DNA of 64,000 nucleotides from a virus (lineage: Duplodnaviria; Caudoviricetes), in the IMG/VR virus record IMGVR_UViG_3300033148_005588, positions 1 to 64,000 of that record. One strand, 5' to 3'. The notes under the pieces are model-generated. The model saw nothing but the letters and a program-made list of their open reading frames with translations, was not told where the DNA came from and ran no database searches. Position 1 is the stretch's first letter, and each line of letters opens with the position of its first letter. The translations under genes were made by a program, and so were the position numbers. Shown piece by piece: positions 9,803 to 18,676 of this stretch.

Positions 9803-10718
9803 AATCAAACTCCTCTTTCTTATAATCAATGGTGTATCTTTCTTTGTTTGTGAGCAGATCGTCATACCCCCTCTCTTTAGCTAGGGAAAGAAACTTGTCC
9901 CAAAGCAAGGGAGGAAGCTTCTTTCTCTCATAGTCCCAATCGGGGTCACTATATCTGTTTCTTATCCATGTTGCCACTCCTTTTGGACTAGAGTATACAG
10001 TAGGATTGTGCATGTCGTCCGGAGCCAATGCTGTGCTGCTGACTCTAGTAGCCCAATGGACAGTTGGATTGTTCATTTGCTTTGCTATCCAATAACCTAG
10101 CTCCACCCGCACATAAGCTGCCAAGGTTTCCTCTAAACCTCCCACCAGTCCTAAGCACTCTTTAAAGTACAGAGAAAACCCATGCTGGTGGTGCATGTTT
10201 CTAAAGAATGTGCCCCTACCAGTAGCAATCATCTCTTCCCTCGCAGGCACTATTTTGGTTCCGGTTGTCTTGCCCCCAAGGAAGCCCTTTACATTTACAA
10301 CACCACAGTAAGGCATTCTCTCCAAGTAGTCTATTACCTGGAGATACCTTTGGCCGCTGGTGAAGGGCATAGATGGAGTGGGGCCAGAAAATCTAAAATC
10401 ATCATCCACAAACATGTAGTATTTTATCTCTGGGGCCAGAGCGGCACAAAGGCCTCGTATGCGGATCATCTTGATAGGTTTTGACCAAGCTCTTCTTGAA
10501 CAAGTCCACAGGGCATTGAAACCCACTTCTTCCAGACGCTCCAAGAACTGTCTTATCTGGCCCCTTTTCCAAGGGGGCTGGAAATGGATCAGGAACAGAG
10601 CCACATCTCCTAGCTCCTTGATATGTTCAAGAGTTGGGGCAAAAGTAAAAATTGTTCTATCTGGATTGTTTGTAGGCAAACAGATTCCAACAAGATGCCC
10701 TTTTCTTCTCTTCATCAT
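9783..10718 (-). CDS. putative GT-A fold glycosyltransferase (possible DNA-base modifying)
   Basis: GICLPT N-terminal strand and MFVDDDFRF DXD-type motif; lies between thyX and dnaE. Confidence 0.5.
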   Translation of the reverse strand: MMKRRKGHLVGICLPTNNPDRTIFTFAPTLEHIKELGDVALFLIHFQPPWKRGQIRQFLERLEEVGFNALWTCSRRAWSKPIKMIRIRGLCAALAPEIKYYMFVDDDFRFSGPTPSMPFTSGQRYLQVIDYLERMPYCGVVNVKGFLGGKTTGTKIVPAREEMIATGRGTFFRNMHHQHGFSLYFKECLGLVGGLEETLAAYVRVELGYWIAKQMNNPTVHWATRVSSTALAPDDMHNPTVYSSPKGVATWIRNRYSDPDWDYERKKLPPLLWDKFLSLAKERGYDDLLTNKERYTIDYKKEEFDYGQRTQ

Positions 10719-10725
10719 CTTCTTC

Positions 10726-11511
10726 CTATTTCTCCTCTGTCTCTATCAGGTTTGTCCACCTTTCCACAAGGTATTTTTCTTTATCTTTGTCTGGCACACC
10801 CCCCTTTCCAACAAGGTGAGTAGAGAACTCGGGATCGTTGAAGATAGGACAACGCTGTGCCTTCGTAGGGAAGCGGCATCTCCAATAACGCAAGCAGAAG
10901 GGTCTCAGCACCTGCTCAAAGCGGGGGTGTGCCTTCAGCACCTCTTTACGCATGTCTCTAGCCACATTTCTGAACTCACCTTGTACTCGATAACACAAGC
11001 GAATTTCCAGAAGAGTAGACAAGGAGCGCAGGTTACAAGAAACCAGTATGTTTGTTAGAATGTTGGTAGGCAGAATCCCTCTAGCATCTTCTGGCTCTAT
11101 GCTCATCTTTAACAAGCGAGAATACGCCTGCTTAATATGCTCAAGAACCTCAACAACCTCTTCAAAGGCTGGCTGATCAAAAAGAATATTCTCAGGGAAA
11201 TAGTAATCAAAATCTTCTACAGCAACAGTGCGCATTGACTGCTGCGCAAAACTAAACCCTACTCTGTGACGTACTAACTGGTGAGTAAAGGCTCTGGAAA
11301 CTCCTTCTAAGAAGAATATGTATTGCACAAATTCCCAGGCAGAACTTATAGTCGCAAAGGCTTGTTCAAGCTCTTTCTGTATCTCCTCTTTGCTCATGGC
11401 CAGTATCTCTCCAAGGCGATCTAGTGCTGATGTGTTGAGTAGCCTTGTTTGCTTTGCTAGTACAAGCATCCTCTCTGCATTTAGTGTCCAATTAACTAAG
11501 GTGACTTTCAT
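10726..11511 (-). CDS. thyX: flavin-dependent thymidylate synthase (ThyX family)
   Basis: SRAFTHQLVRHRVGFSFAQQSMR (RHRx7S-type motif), EDARGILP, NLRSL..R. Confidence 0.9.
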   Translation of the reverse strand: MKVTLVNWTLNAERMLVLAKQTRLLNTSALDRLGEILAMSKEEIQKELEQAFATISSAWEFVQYIFFLEGVSRAFTHQLVRHRVGFSFAQQSMRTVAVEDFDYYFPENILFDQPAFEEVVEVLEHIKQAYSRLLKMSIEPEDARGILPTNILTNILVSCNLRSLSTLLEIRLCYRVQGEFRNVARDMRKEVLKAHPRFEQVLRPFCLRYWRCRFPTKAQRCPIFNDPEFSTHLVGKGGVPDKDKEKYLVERWTNLIETEEK

Positions 11512-12532
11512 ACTCTCTGCTCCTTTCTCTTAAAGAAATTAACTTTTTGATTTGTTCAATGTCCTTTAGTAAATCATCTATTCTTAATGGTTTCCAAACG
11601 GCATGCCTGCCCAAAGAATATATATTATACCTCTCTGTCAGAGTAAGAATAAAGTATTTTCTTACACTGTCGTCAATAGGGAGAATCTTACCTATGTTTT
11701 GTTTGTAAACAGAAATGTTTGTAATATAGTCCTCTAATAAGCCAAAACAAGACTTCAATATTTTATCCAGCTCTCTTCTCATTACAGAGAGAATCTCCTC
11801 TTTGCTTCTGTTTGAGAAGTCGTCGTGTAAGCACTCAACCAGCAAAGTGTTTGGCGGCTGAAGTGTTGCTCTGTATGATAGAAAATCAAAGTCGGGTAAG
11901 TAGACCGTCTGATAGCTGTAAACAGGCAAGGCCAGATCACATTGTAATACATGAATAGGCTCCCATCGAAACATACCCTCTTCATACCCAGGCAGGCTCT
12001 CTTCTAAAGCTTGAAGAAGATACGGCAGAGGTATTGTGCTTATGCAAATATCATATTTCAGCTTCACCTTGGTTTGGCTATGTTTCAGCGTTAAAGCTCT
12101 CTTGCCAGGATGGTTGGTAACAGAAACCAGTTTATGTCCCCAGCACACCTCTTTAGGGAAGCTCAAATCTCTTAATATGTACCTCTCTGCCTTGCCAAGA
12201 TTCCTTATAGATCGGTCAGCTATATTCCCATATAGCTTCCAAGAGTACACATTATTGAGCCGATTGGAACAGCTTGGAGTTGCCATCTTGGTTCGAGCGT
12301 TATATACTTCCTTTGTTACCATAATCTTTTCAGCCCTACACCCAAGATATTGGGCTATGGTTGGGTCTTTTACCCTCATCACAGCATGATGGTCTGATAA
12401 AGGAGAGGTTCTTCTCTCCTTGGCATCATACAAAGAAGGAGAATAAGACCTCAAAGCTCCATAGGCAACAGAGCCAGCCAAGCCTGCCCCAAGAACCACA
12501 AGTTTTTTCTCTACAGAAATAGAATCAGACAT
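11492..12532 (-). CDS. FAD/NAD(P)-dependent oxidoreductase (protoporphyrinogen-oxidase/UGM-like fold)
   Basis: VVLGAGLAG dinucleotide-binding motif, ISTIPLP, YSLGRHAVW; start reassigned to MSDSIS (SD GGAGG). Confidence 0.75.
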   Translation of the reverse strand: MSDSISVEKKLVVLGAGLAGSVAYGALRSYSPSLYDAKERRTSPLSDHHAVMRVKDPTIAQYLGCRAEKIMVTKEVYNARTKMATPSCSNRLNNVYSWKLYGNIADRSIRNLGKAERYILRDLSFPKEVCWGHKLVSVTNHPGKRALTLKHSQTKVKLKYDICISTIPLPYLLQALEESLPGYEEGMFRWEPIHVLQCDLALPVYSYQTVYLPDFDFLSYRATLQPPNTLLVECLHDDFSNRSKEEILSVMRRELDKILKSCFGLLEDYITNISVYKQNIGKILPIDDSVRKYFILTLTERYNIYSLGRHAVWKPLRIDDLLKDIEQIKKLISLRERSREYESHLS

Positions 12533-12564
12533 AAGCTTTCTTCCTCCCTGAAATTCTGAGGCAC

Positions 12565-12624
12565 AAAAAAATAGGCGGCAGAACAGCTCCACTTCACGCC
12601 TGGTTAATGGAGCCATTCTGCCGC
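12565..12624 (-). terminator. intrinsic terminator
   Basis: GCGGCAGAA-UG-GCUCCA / UGGAGC-UG-UUCUGCCGC stem, then CUA and a 7-U tract on the minus strand. Confidence 0.75.
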
Positions 12625-12662
12625 ATTTGCTTCTCTCATGCCCTCTCTCTTTCCCTCTCTCT

Positions 12663-13247
12663 TTAGTCAATATCTCCTGGAGGAGGGGTTGCTATAAACC
12701 TGTTGTCTTCTGTCCTTCTAGCAAGGCCAATCCGACAGGAGTACCTAAGAATCTGGGGCACTCTGCCCTCAATGTTTGTTGACTTAACTTTCTGTTTTTT
12801 AGCCTGCTTGATGGCCTCAGGGATAGTTATGCCTTTCTCTCCTGTCTTCATCATGATGCGATAAATCTGCCCTGAATTTGTATCAGGAGCCCATACCTTT
12901 CTCCTCGGCTCAATTGCAGAAGAAGCTGCCTCTTTGGCTTTCTTTTTGGCTTCTTCTAAAGCTTTGTCTTTTTTCTTTTTGGGCTTGCCTTTGGATTTCT
13001 TGTTAGCCTTAGTTTTGGCCTCGGCCTCTTGCTTCTTTGCTAACTCTAGCTCATTAGACCAAATTTGAGTCTCTTCTGGGAGTTCCTCCCATTTCTCATC
13101 AGGAAGCGCAGCAATAGTGTCCAGGATTCTTTCCTGAAACTCTATGTCGCTCTCTCCCTTCAGCCTCTTTAGCCCAACAACTTTGGCGTGGGTAGCCAAG
13201 AAATCGTTGCCATTGCCATTACCATTCTTCTTTTCTCTCTTTGCCAT
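12663..13247 (-). CDS. hypothetical basic protein, possible C-terminal winged helix
   Basis: Start reassigned to MAKREKK (SD GAGGAGG), directly after promoter P1; Lys-rich linker. Confidence 0.55.
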   Translation of the reverse strand: MAKREKKNGNGNGNDFLATHAKVVGLKRLKGESDIEFQERILDTIAALPDEKWEELPEETQIWSNELELAKKQEAEAKTKANKKSKGKPKKKKDKALEEAKKKAKEAASSAIEPRRKVWAPDTNSGQIYRIMMKTGEKGITIPEAIKQAKKQKVKSTNIEGRVPQILRYSCRIGLARRTEDNRFIATPPPGDID

Positions 13248-13292
13248 TTTTGTCCTCCTCTTCTTTTTTAGATTGGTTATTTTGCTTGTATA

Positions 13293-13314
13293 ATTATAGT
13301 CCAAAACCATAGAA
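13293..13314 (-). promoter_or_regulatory. phage-type promoter P1
   Basis: TTCTA-TGG-TTTTGG-AC-TATAAT; also has TTGAAA 16 bp upstream of the -10. Confidence 0.75.
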
Positions 13315-13327
13315 TTTCAAACAAAAA

Positions 13328-13903
13328 TCACAAAAGTTCCTGATACCTTTTGCGCAGTTTGCGCATTGTGGTAGCACCAAAATGCTCCTCTAGCACCTTC
13401 AAAGGTGTCTTTAAGCGCAAGCTCTTGTCGGAAGCCCTCCCAGTGCGCCTATAGAAAACAGCCCTAGAGTGACGTCTGAACTTAAAGAGAAGTTCATTGG
13501 GCACTCCATCCAGAATAAGAGAAACAAACTCTTTGCTGATCTCTGCCAAACCGGCAATAACCTCAGCAAGCAGAACCTCTCTCTCTGGTGTTCTGTGGCA
13601 GGCTGCAGGAAAGGCCCCCTCTGCTGTGTCCTCTATAAAGGCAGAAGGCGACCTGTACTCTTTGCGGAGAAGGTTGCTGAAGTGCTGTTCAACACAATTC
13701 CAAATGTAGGTTATAAGCTTAACACTACACTTTGGATTATATGTTCTGAGAGCCTTCAAAACAGCAATTCTACCTTCTTGCCTTAGCACCTCCATTGAGT
13801 GGTACTCGCTGCGCTCAGGCAACCTAGCATAATACTTTTTGGCTATTTTGACAACTAAGCCTTCATAATCTCCCCATGCAGGTATTGCTTTCTCTTTTCC
13901 CAT
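13328..13903 (-). CDS. sigma70-family region-2 protein (phage sigma-like factor)
   Basis: YEGLVVKIAKKY..LRQEGRIAVLKALRTYNP..KLITYIWNCV matches the sigma region 2 pattern. Confidence 0.75.
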   Translation of the reverse strand: MGKEKAIPAWGDYEGLVVKIAKKYYARLPERSEYHSMEVLRQEGRIAVLKALRTYNPKCSVKLITYIWNCVEQHFSNLLRKEYRSPSAFIEDTAEGAFPAACHRTPEREVLLAEVIAGLAEISKEFVSLILDGVPNELLFKFRRHSRAVFYRRTGRASDKSLRLKTPLKVLEEHFGATTMRKLRKRYQELL

Positions 13904-13920
13904 AATGACTTTTCCTCCTG

Positions 13921-14823
13921 TTAGAAGTCTATTTTTCTACGGAGTCGGACATCAGCAATCTTGCTGAAGTCACCAATTATTGACTCCATCTTCTTTCCTA
14001 TCAAGGAGCGAAAGTCATCATCATAGCGCAGCTCTTCAGCACCAATTCCATCCAAGGCATCTTTACATTCTTCCACGAGGGAAGAAAGTTTTTGGTACCC
14101 TAGAAAGCCATCCCAAGAGGAACTAAAATCATCCAGAAACTGCTTCAAAGAATTAACAGTGGCAGTGTTGATTTTGTCCCTGGAGCATTGCTCTTTCAAG
14201 CTTTCTATCTTGGACAGGAATTTCTGTGCAATGGTGCTTATGGCAACATCACGCATGCGCCTTGCCTCAGCTTGAATCTTTCTAACCTCTTCCTCATAGA
14301 CTTCCGGAGGAAGAACTTCAAGACTGCGATCAGGCGCCACAAAGTGTCTAAAGTACCACTCGAACCTAAAGATTCTCCTCATCACATCTTGAGAGGGATA
14401 CTTCTCCGGTCTGTAAAGATGAGGATACTTCTTTTGGAAATCCCTCTTGTCAGCCTCGTAACCGGAGAGGAACTGTTCCACCTTGGATAAAAATTCCTCT
14501 CTGCGCCTTCTCAAGCCTTCATCCACAATGGTGATGTTTTGCTTAAGAATGAAGACCAAGCCATCAACAGGAAAGGGCAGGCTGTACCTGGCCACAAACC
14601 GCTTGGCCTCTGAGCGCATCTCATGAAGCTGGCGCAAGTAGGTTTTGTCAGTGAGCAGGTCATACACTGCCCGGACAATTTCCACAGGCATTTGCTCGCT
14701 GAAGAAGTTTTCATCCAGCTTTGACCTTGCTCCCCAGCAACGTATCTTCAAGTGGACAAGGCAGCCCTTGGAGAACACGCTGCTGGCATCAACAGTTTTC
14801 TCTCTCTTTACTCTTTCTACCAT
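13921..14823 (-). CDS. DUF3150-like protein
   Basis: Start at 14823 directly after repeat A; L.I..WG..KL, YSLPF..G..F pattern; next to AAA/DUF1257/DUF2997 genes. Confidence 0.55.
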   Translation of the reverse strand: MVERVKREKTVDASSVFSKGCLVHLKIRCWGARSKLDENFFSEQMPVEIVRAVYDLLTDKTYLRQLHEMRSEAKRFVARYSLPFPVDGLVFILKQNITIVDEGLRRRREEFLSKVEQFLSGYEADKRDFQKKYPHLYRPEKYPSQDVMRRIFRFEWYFRHFVAPDRSLEVLPPEVYEEEVRKIQAEARRMRDVAISTIAQKFLSKIESLKEQCSRDKINTATVNSLKQFLDDFSSSWDGFLGYQKLSSLVEECKDALDGIGAEELRYDDDFRSLIGKKMESIIGDFSKIADVRLRRKIDF

Positions 14824-14921
14824 CTCTCTATATCCTCCTTGTTTTTGAATTTGGAATAGTGATTGACTACTCCATAGAGCATACCACCAAGAGTGGTGAT
14901 ATGCTCTAGCAGGAGTCAATC
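14821..14921 (-). repeat. hairpin+RBS intergenic cassette, copy A (divergent)
   Basis: Outer stem GATTGACT/AGTCAATC, loop variant CAAGA, SD AAGGAGGA before the ATG at 14823. Confidence 0.92.
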
Positions 14922-14925
14922 GTGC

Positions 14926-15093
14926 TTAGTCCTTTGAAGCTTGCTGCGAGAAAGACAGCAGCAGTTGCTGTACGCAGTAGCTGCACAGTACAAGTTTTGA
15001 AGCTGTGTGTATGGTTTTTCTACCGCTTGGATTATAGGATACCTCTTGTCTTCCACACCTTGGGCATCCATTTCTCTTTACTCTTTCCGCCAT
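14926..15093 (-). CDS. small zinc-finger protein (55 aa)
   Basis: Manual translation MAERVKRNGCPRCGRQEVSYNPSGRKTIHTASKLVLCSYCVQQLLLSFSQQASKD; CxxC..CxxC; exactly fills the space between repeats B and A. Confidence 0.75.
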   Translation of the reverse strand: MAERVKRNGCPRCGRQEVSYNPSGRKTIHTASKLVLCSYCVQQLLLSFSQQASKD

Positions 15094-15201
15094 CTCTTCT
15101 TATTAGTCCTCCTTGTTTTTGGATTAGGAGCAGCAGAATTAACCACTCCATTGAGCACACCACCACCACGCTGTGGTGATATGCTCTAGCAGAGGTTAAT
15201 C
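15091..15201 (-). repeat. hairpin+RBS cassette, copy B
   Basis: Near-identical to copies C, D and G. Confidence 0.95.
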
Positions 15202-15206
15202 TCCCT

Positions 15207-16634
15207 CTAGGCATCAAGTTTGAGCTTGCGCACCTTGCGTCTCTTACCTTTGAGAGAAAAATTACTGGCAGGTATGGCCCGACCATTAGCCCAATCTCTG
15301 AGTGCATCAATCTCCTCACTCATAGTTTTTGCCAAAGGCAAAACAAACCGTGCTGCTTGCCGGACTGACTCTTTTCTTCTGGAAGCAATACGACAGCAAG
15401 CCTCTATCTCAGCACCAGTCCAGGAGTCTGTATTTGGAAGATCGTCAATCTTCACAGAGTGCTTACCTGCCCAATAGGCCCAAATCTGGGCCTTTTCTTC
15501 CTCATTGGGCAAGTCAATGAAGAAGGGAGCGGTGTCCCAACGACCAGCCCTCAGGTATTCTGGTGGTATGCCTCTAAAGGAATTTGCTGTTGCTACAATG
15601 TACAAGTCTTTTGGCCTATTCTTGGCTTCTAAAAACTCCAGCCATTTGCCTGTGGCTCTTCTAGTTGTGCCGCTGTCCAAAGAACCATCGCCGGAGGCTC
15701 CAGCAAATTGCTTCTCAAACTCATCAATTATTAAAATACATTCTCCAACAGCAAACAGCAAGCTTTGGATCTCCCTAATGTTCTGGTCAGTCTCCCCCTG
15801 GTATTTGGAGAAAAGCCTACCGACGTCAAGCTTGAGAGTCAGCCGGCCAGTTTGCCCAGCAAGGCAATAGGCAAAGAGAGTCTTGCCGCAGCCTGGTGGG
15901 CCAACAACCATAACACCAAGGTCTCCCTGCCTCAGAGGCAGGACAAAGTCTTTGATGTTCTCATAGCCCTTAATGTCATCAAAGGTAAGGTCTGTCTTTA
16001 CCACTTCTATGATGCCTTTGCGCTCAATAGCCATAGCCTTGTGAGCATTAAGATAATCTCTGTTAAAACCATGAGATTTTATAACACTCAGTGCCAAGGC
16101 ATTTTCCACCTCAAGAGCAGTCAAGCCCTTAGCAGCAGACACCAGCTTTGCCATCTCTTCTCCCTCTGGCACCTTGACTCTGCCCTCTGTGCTCTCAGAA
16201 ACAAACTCCATTGTGGAGATTATTTCCTGGTCATCAGGCAAGGGCATCTCCAAGAGCTGTGTGTCTTTTTCCAGCTCTGTCGGTATCTCTGCCTTAGCAG
16301 AGATGATAACAGCAGCTTTGCCTTCAGACTTCCACAGCTCCACCCGATTCTGGACAGCCTGAATAAGTTGTGGCTTATTCAAGAACCACCCAAAGTTAGA
16401 CAGCACAAGAACTGTGTACGGAGAAGCTTTGTCCAAAAGGCCCAGAGCCTGGTCTGGGGGGAGACCCATAGTACAATCCCACTCTATAAGCTCGTACCTG
16501 CCCCCGTCTTTTCTCTCTGCCTTCTCAAGCAGAGAAGAGAGCAGTCGTTTGGCTCGGCGCAGCTCATCGGTTTGGAGCCAAAATAGGCTGTAGCCTGCCC
16601 TCAAATAGTCTACAATCTCTACCATCTTTTCCAT
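15207..16634 (-). CDS. AAA+ ATPase (Ycf46-like)
   Basis: GPPGCGKT Walker A, ILIIDEFEK Walker B, ATAN, PPEYLRAGRWD, WTGAEIE. Confidence 0.9.
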   Translation of the reverse strand: MEKMVEIVDYLRAGYSLFWLQTDELRRAKRLLSSLLEKAERKDGGRYELIEWDCTMGLPPDQALGLLDKASPYTVLVLSNFGWFLNKPQLIQAVQNRVELWKSEGKAAVIISAKAEIPTELEKDTQLLEMPLPDDQEIISTMEFVSESTEGRVKVPEGEEMAKLVSAAKGLTALEVENALALSVIKSHGFNRDYLNAHKAMAIERKGIIEVVKTDLTFDDIKGYENIKDFVLPLRQGDLGVMVVGPPGCGKTLFAYCLAGQTGRLTLKLDVGRLFSKYQGETDQNIREIQSLLFAVGECILIIDEFEKQFAGASGDGSLDSGTTRRATGKWLEFLEAKNRPKDLYIVATANSFRGIPPEYLRAGRWDTAPFFIDLPNEEEKAQIWAYWAGKHSVKIDDLPNTDSWTGAEIEACCRIASRRKESVRQAARFVLPLAKTMSEEIDALRDWANGRAIPASNFSLKGKRRKVRKLKLDA

Positions 16635-16739
16635 CTCTTCTTAGTCCTCCTTGTTTTTGGATTAGGAGCAGCAGGATTAACCACTCCATTGAGCACACCA
16701 CCACCACGCTGTGGTGATATGCTCTAGCAGAGGTTAATC
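16632..16739 (-). repeat. hairpin+RBS cassette, copy C
   Basis: 65-nt hairpin at 16675-16739 containing the upstream stop codon; SD and ATG at 16634. Confidence 0.95.
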
Positions 16740-16958
16740 AGCGTGGTTCTTCTTTATAGCAATCACAACTTCAACAGCCTTGCCCAATCGGTTAGCTTTT
16801 GCCCATTGTGGCCCGCAGTGCTCATCAGCCTCTTTGGCTTTCTTAATTGCCAGTTCAGGCAAACAAGCAATTGTCTCTATGTCTATGTAAGCATATCCAT
16901 CGGTAGAGTATCTCACAACTGCCCAAGAAGTTTGCTCTTTAATTTGCTCATTATGCAT
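16734..16958 (-). CDS. hypothetical protein
   Basis: Bounded by repeats D and C. Confidence 0.7.
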   Translation of the reverse strand: MHNEQIKEQTSWAVVRYSTDGYAYIDIETIACLPELAIKKAKEADEHCGPQWAKANRLGKAVEVVIAIKKNHAD

Positions 16959-17060
16959 TCTTTAGTCCTCCTTGTTTTTGGATTAGGAGCAGCAGAATTA
17001 ACCACTCCATAGAGCACACCACCACCACGCTGTGGTGATATGCTCTAGCAGAGGTTAATC
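16956..17060 (-). repeat. hairpin+RBS cassette, copy D
   Basis: As above; TAGAGCA/TGCTCTA pairs perfectly in this copy. Confidence 0.95.
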
Positions 17061-17435
17061 AGCGTAGTCCAAAATAACCTCAACATCACCATTATCCAAA
17101 TCATTCACCCAGTAAGAGTAAACGTCTGGATTCTGGTTGGCTTCAGCCACTACCACTGCTTTTGAATAGGCTTGTAACAACCTTCCAAGGTTATCCATAG
17201 AACCAACCTCAGAACCCCAGTTGTCATACCATAGCTTTCCCTCTTTGTCAATAGCCAGAGAGTATCTCCAACCCTTAATCTCCAGTTTAGCTACAGCTTC
17301 CACGCTCTGATGCCCAAACATCCGGACAGTTTGCTTACCAATATCCAACTGCCCAAGCCCTGTAAGATTGGCAACAGCACTGAGAGTATTTAAGTTTGTG
17401 ATCTTTACTGAAGAGTATACTGATGTGTGACTCAT
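17055..17435 (-). CDS. DUF1257 (Ycf35-like) protein
   Basis: MSHTS..KITNLNTL N-terminus, wyDNWG, L.QAYS; adjacent to DUF2997-like and AAA genes. Confidence 0.7.
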   Translation of the reverse strand: MSHTSVYSSVKITNLNTLSAVANLTGLGQLDIGKQTVRMFGHQSVEAVAKLEIKGWRYSLAIDKEGKLWYDNWGSEVGSMDNLGRLLQAYSKAVVVAEANQNPDVYSYWVNDLDNGDVEVILDYAD

Positions 17436-17454
17436 TGTCTAAACCTCCTCTCTT

Positions 17455-17661
17455 TTAGCCACAATGGCCTTCTGGCAGGCCATCTCTGGTGCATACAGAG
17501 TCGTCCGCCTCATAGTATTCTTCTTTCAATTCTGTCCTCGCAGGAGGGCCAAGCACTTTGTTCAGGAACGCCGTGCGCTCAAAGCACTTACTTCCTTTGT
17601 CGCCCTCAACATCAGTGTGGACAGACCCATTAGGCTTTAAAATAATTCTCACTCTTGGCAT
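17455..17661 (-). CDS. DUF2997-like protein
   Basis: I.LKPNGSV..DVEGDKG.KC..T..L..LG..ELK.EYY pattern. Confidence 0.75.
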   Translation of the reverse strand: MPRVRIILKPNGSVHTDVEGDKGSKCFERTAFLNKVLGPPARTELKEEYYEADDSVCTRDGLPEGHCG

Positions 17662-17679
17662 TTTGGTAGACCTCCTCTT

Positions 17680-17886
17680 TTAAGTGGTTTCTTCTTCTCC
17701 GCAAATTGGACACTTCTTTCCCAAAGGGATAGGTGTCCCACAACACCACCATACTTCCTCGTGTGGAGTACAAGCAGAGCACCGCTTTGTAGTAAAGCGG
17801 AGAAAGCTACAAGTTTGCTCCTGAGAGCATTTGCAGCATTGATCCAAATACCTTATAAAAACTTTTCTCTTGCTCATTTTGTACAC
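17680..17886 (-). CDS. small Cys-rich protein
   Basis: Multiple CxxC motifs; co-oriented. Confidence 0.5.
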   Translation of the reverse strand: MYKMSKRKVFIRYLDQCCKCSQEQTCSFLRFTTKRCSACTPHEEVWWCCGTPIPLGKKCPICGEEETT

Positions 17887-18212
17887 CGCCCATTAGCAAG
17901 TACTGTCACAAAAATCTCCAACCCGTACAGCTCCCTAGGCACAGGCCCCTTAATAATGAAGCCTGGAGAGCAACCACAGGCACAGCCAGCAGTTTGGCTC
18001 CAAGAGGAAGTGAATTGAGACAAGCAAGGATAGCCTGCCTTTGTGAAAACTGCTGGTAACACTTTTCTGTATTGATTGTACGGCCTAGACCACCTATTGA
18101 TTAGGTTTTCTATAGCATCTTCCTCGTCCACAAAGAAGTAAACCCTGGGCCTAGCAAAGCTGTCCTTTCTTTGCGACACACTCACACTTTTGATTTCTAC
18201 CATCTTTTCCAT
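17874..18212 (-). CDS. hypothetical protein
   Basis: Starts at the repeat E RBS; TAGCACGCSPGF motif. Confidence 0.75.
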   Translation of the reverse strand: MEKMVEIKSVSVSQRKDSFARPRVYFFVDEEDAIENLINRWSRPYNQYRKVLPAVFTKAGYPCLSQFTSSWSQTAGCACGCSPGFIIKGPVPRELYGLEIFVTVLANGRCTK

Positions 18213-18316
18213 CTCTTCTTAGTCCTCCTTGTTTTTGGATTAGGAGCAGCAGGATTAACCACTCCATTGAGCACACCACCACCAAGAGTGGTGATATGCT
18301 CTAGCAGAGGTTAATC
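18210..18316 (-). repeat. hairpin+RBS cassette, copy E
   Basis: Loop variant CAAGA as in copy A, stems as in copy C. Confidence 0.95.
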
Positions 18317-18482
18317 AAAGCTCTTTGTCTATGTGCTTGCGCACCAGTTCATAAAGTTCCTCAGCGTCTACTCCAAAAACTTTTGCGTAGTCTGAGGACG
18401 CATTCTCGGCGGAAGTGATTCCGCTCTTCACAGTGGAGAAAACTTCCTTGACCATCCATCCCTCAATCTTCTTTTTCCCCAT
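18315..18482 (-). CDS. hypothetical protein (55 aa)
   Basis: Start reassigned to MGKKKIEG after AAGGAGG; stop overlaps repeat E. Confidence 0.6.
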   Translation of the reverse strand: MGKKKIEGWMVKEVFSTVKSGITSAENASSDYAKVFGVDAEELYELVRKHIDKEL

Positions 18483-18654
18483 GAGTAAATCCTCCTTTTC
18501 TCTTAATCCTGAAAATTGGTGGTTTACCATTAAAATTTTCCTCCAAAAAAAGCCTGTATCTCTTACACTTGCGTGAGCAATTACAGTAACAGGCTTTCCA
18601 GTGGACGAACCTACTGAAGTTCCCACCAACATAACAGGGAACATAGTTACCCAT
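18463..18654 (-). CDS. small Cys-rich hypothetical protein
   Basis: MGNYVPCY start after AAGGAG; CYCNCSRKC. Confidence 0.4.
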   Translation of the reverse strand: MGNYVPCYVGGNFSRFVHWKACYCNCSRKCKRYRLFLEENFNGKPPIFRIKRKGGFTHGEKED

Positions 18655-18676
18655 TTGTCTCTCTTCTCCTTTCCGC

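Noticed and set aside
16700-16720. TATCACC resemblance to lambda operator half-sites in the repeat
   Set aside because: Short match inside an RNA-like stem whose loop varies; no CI-like repressor seen.
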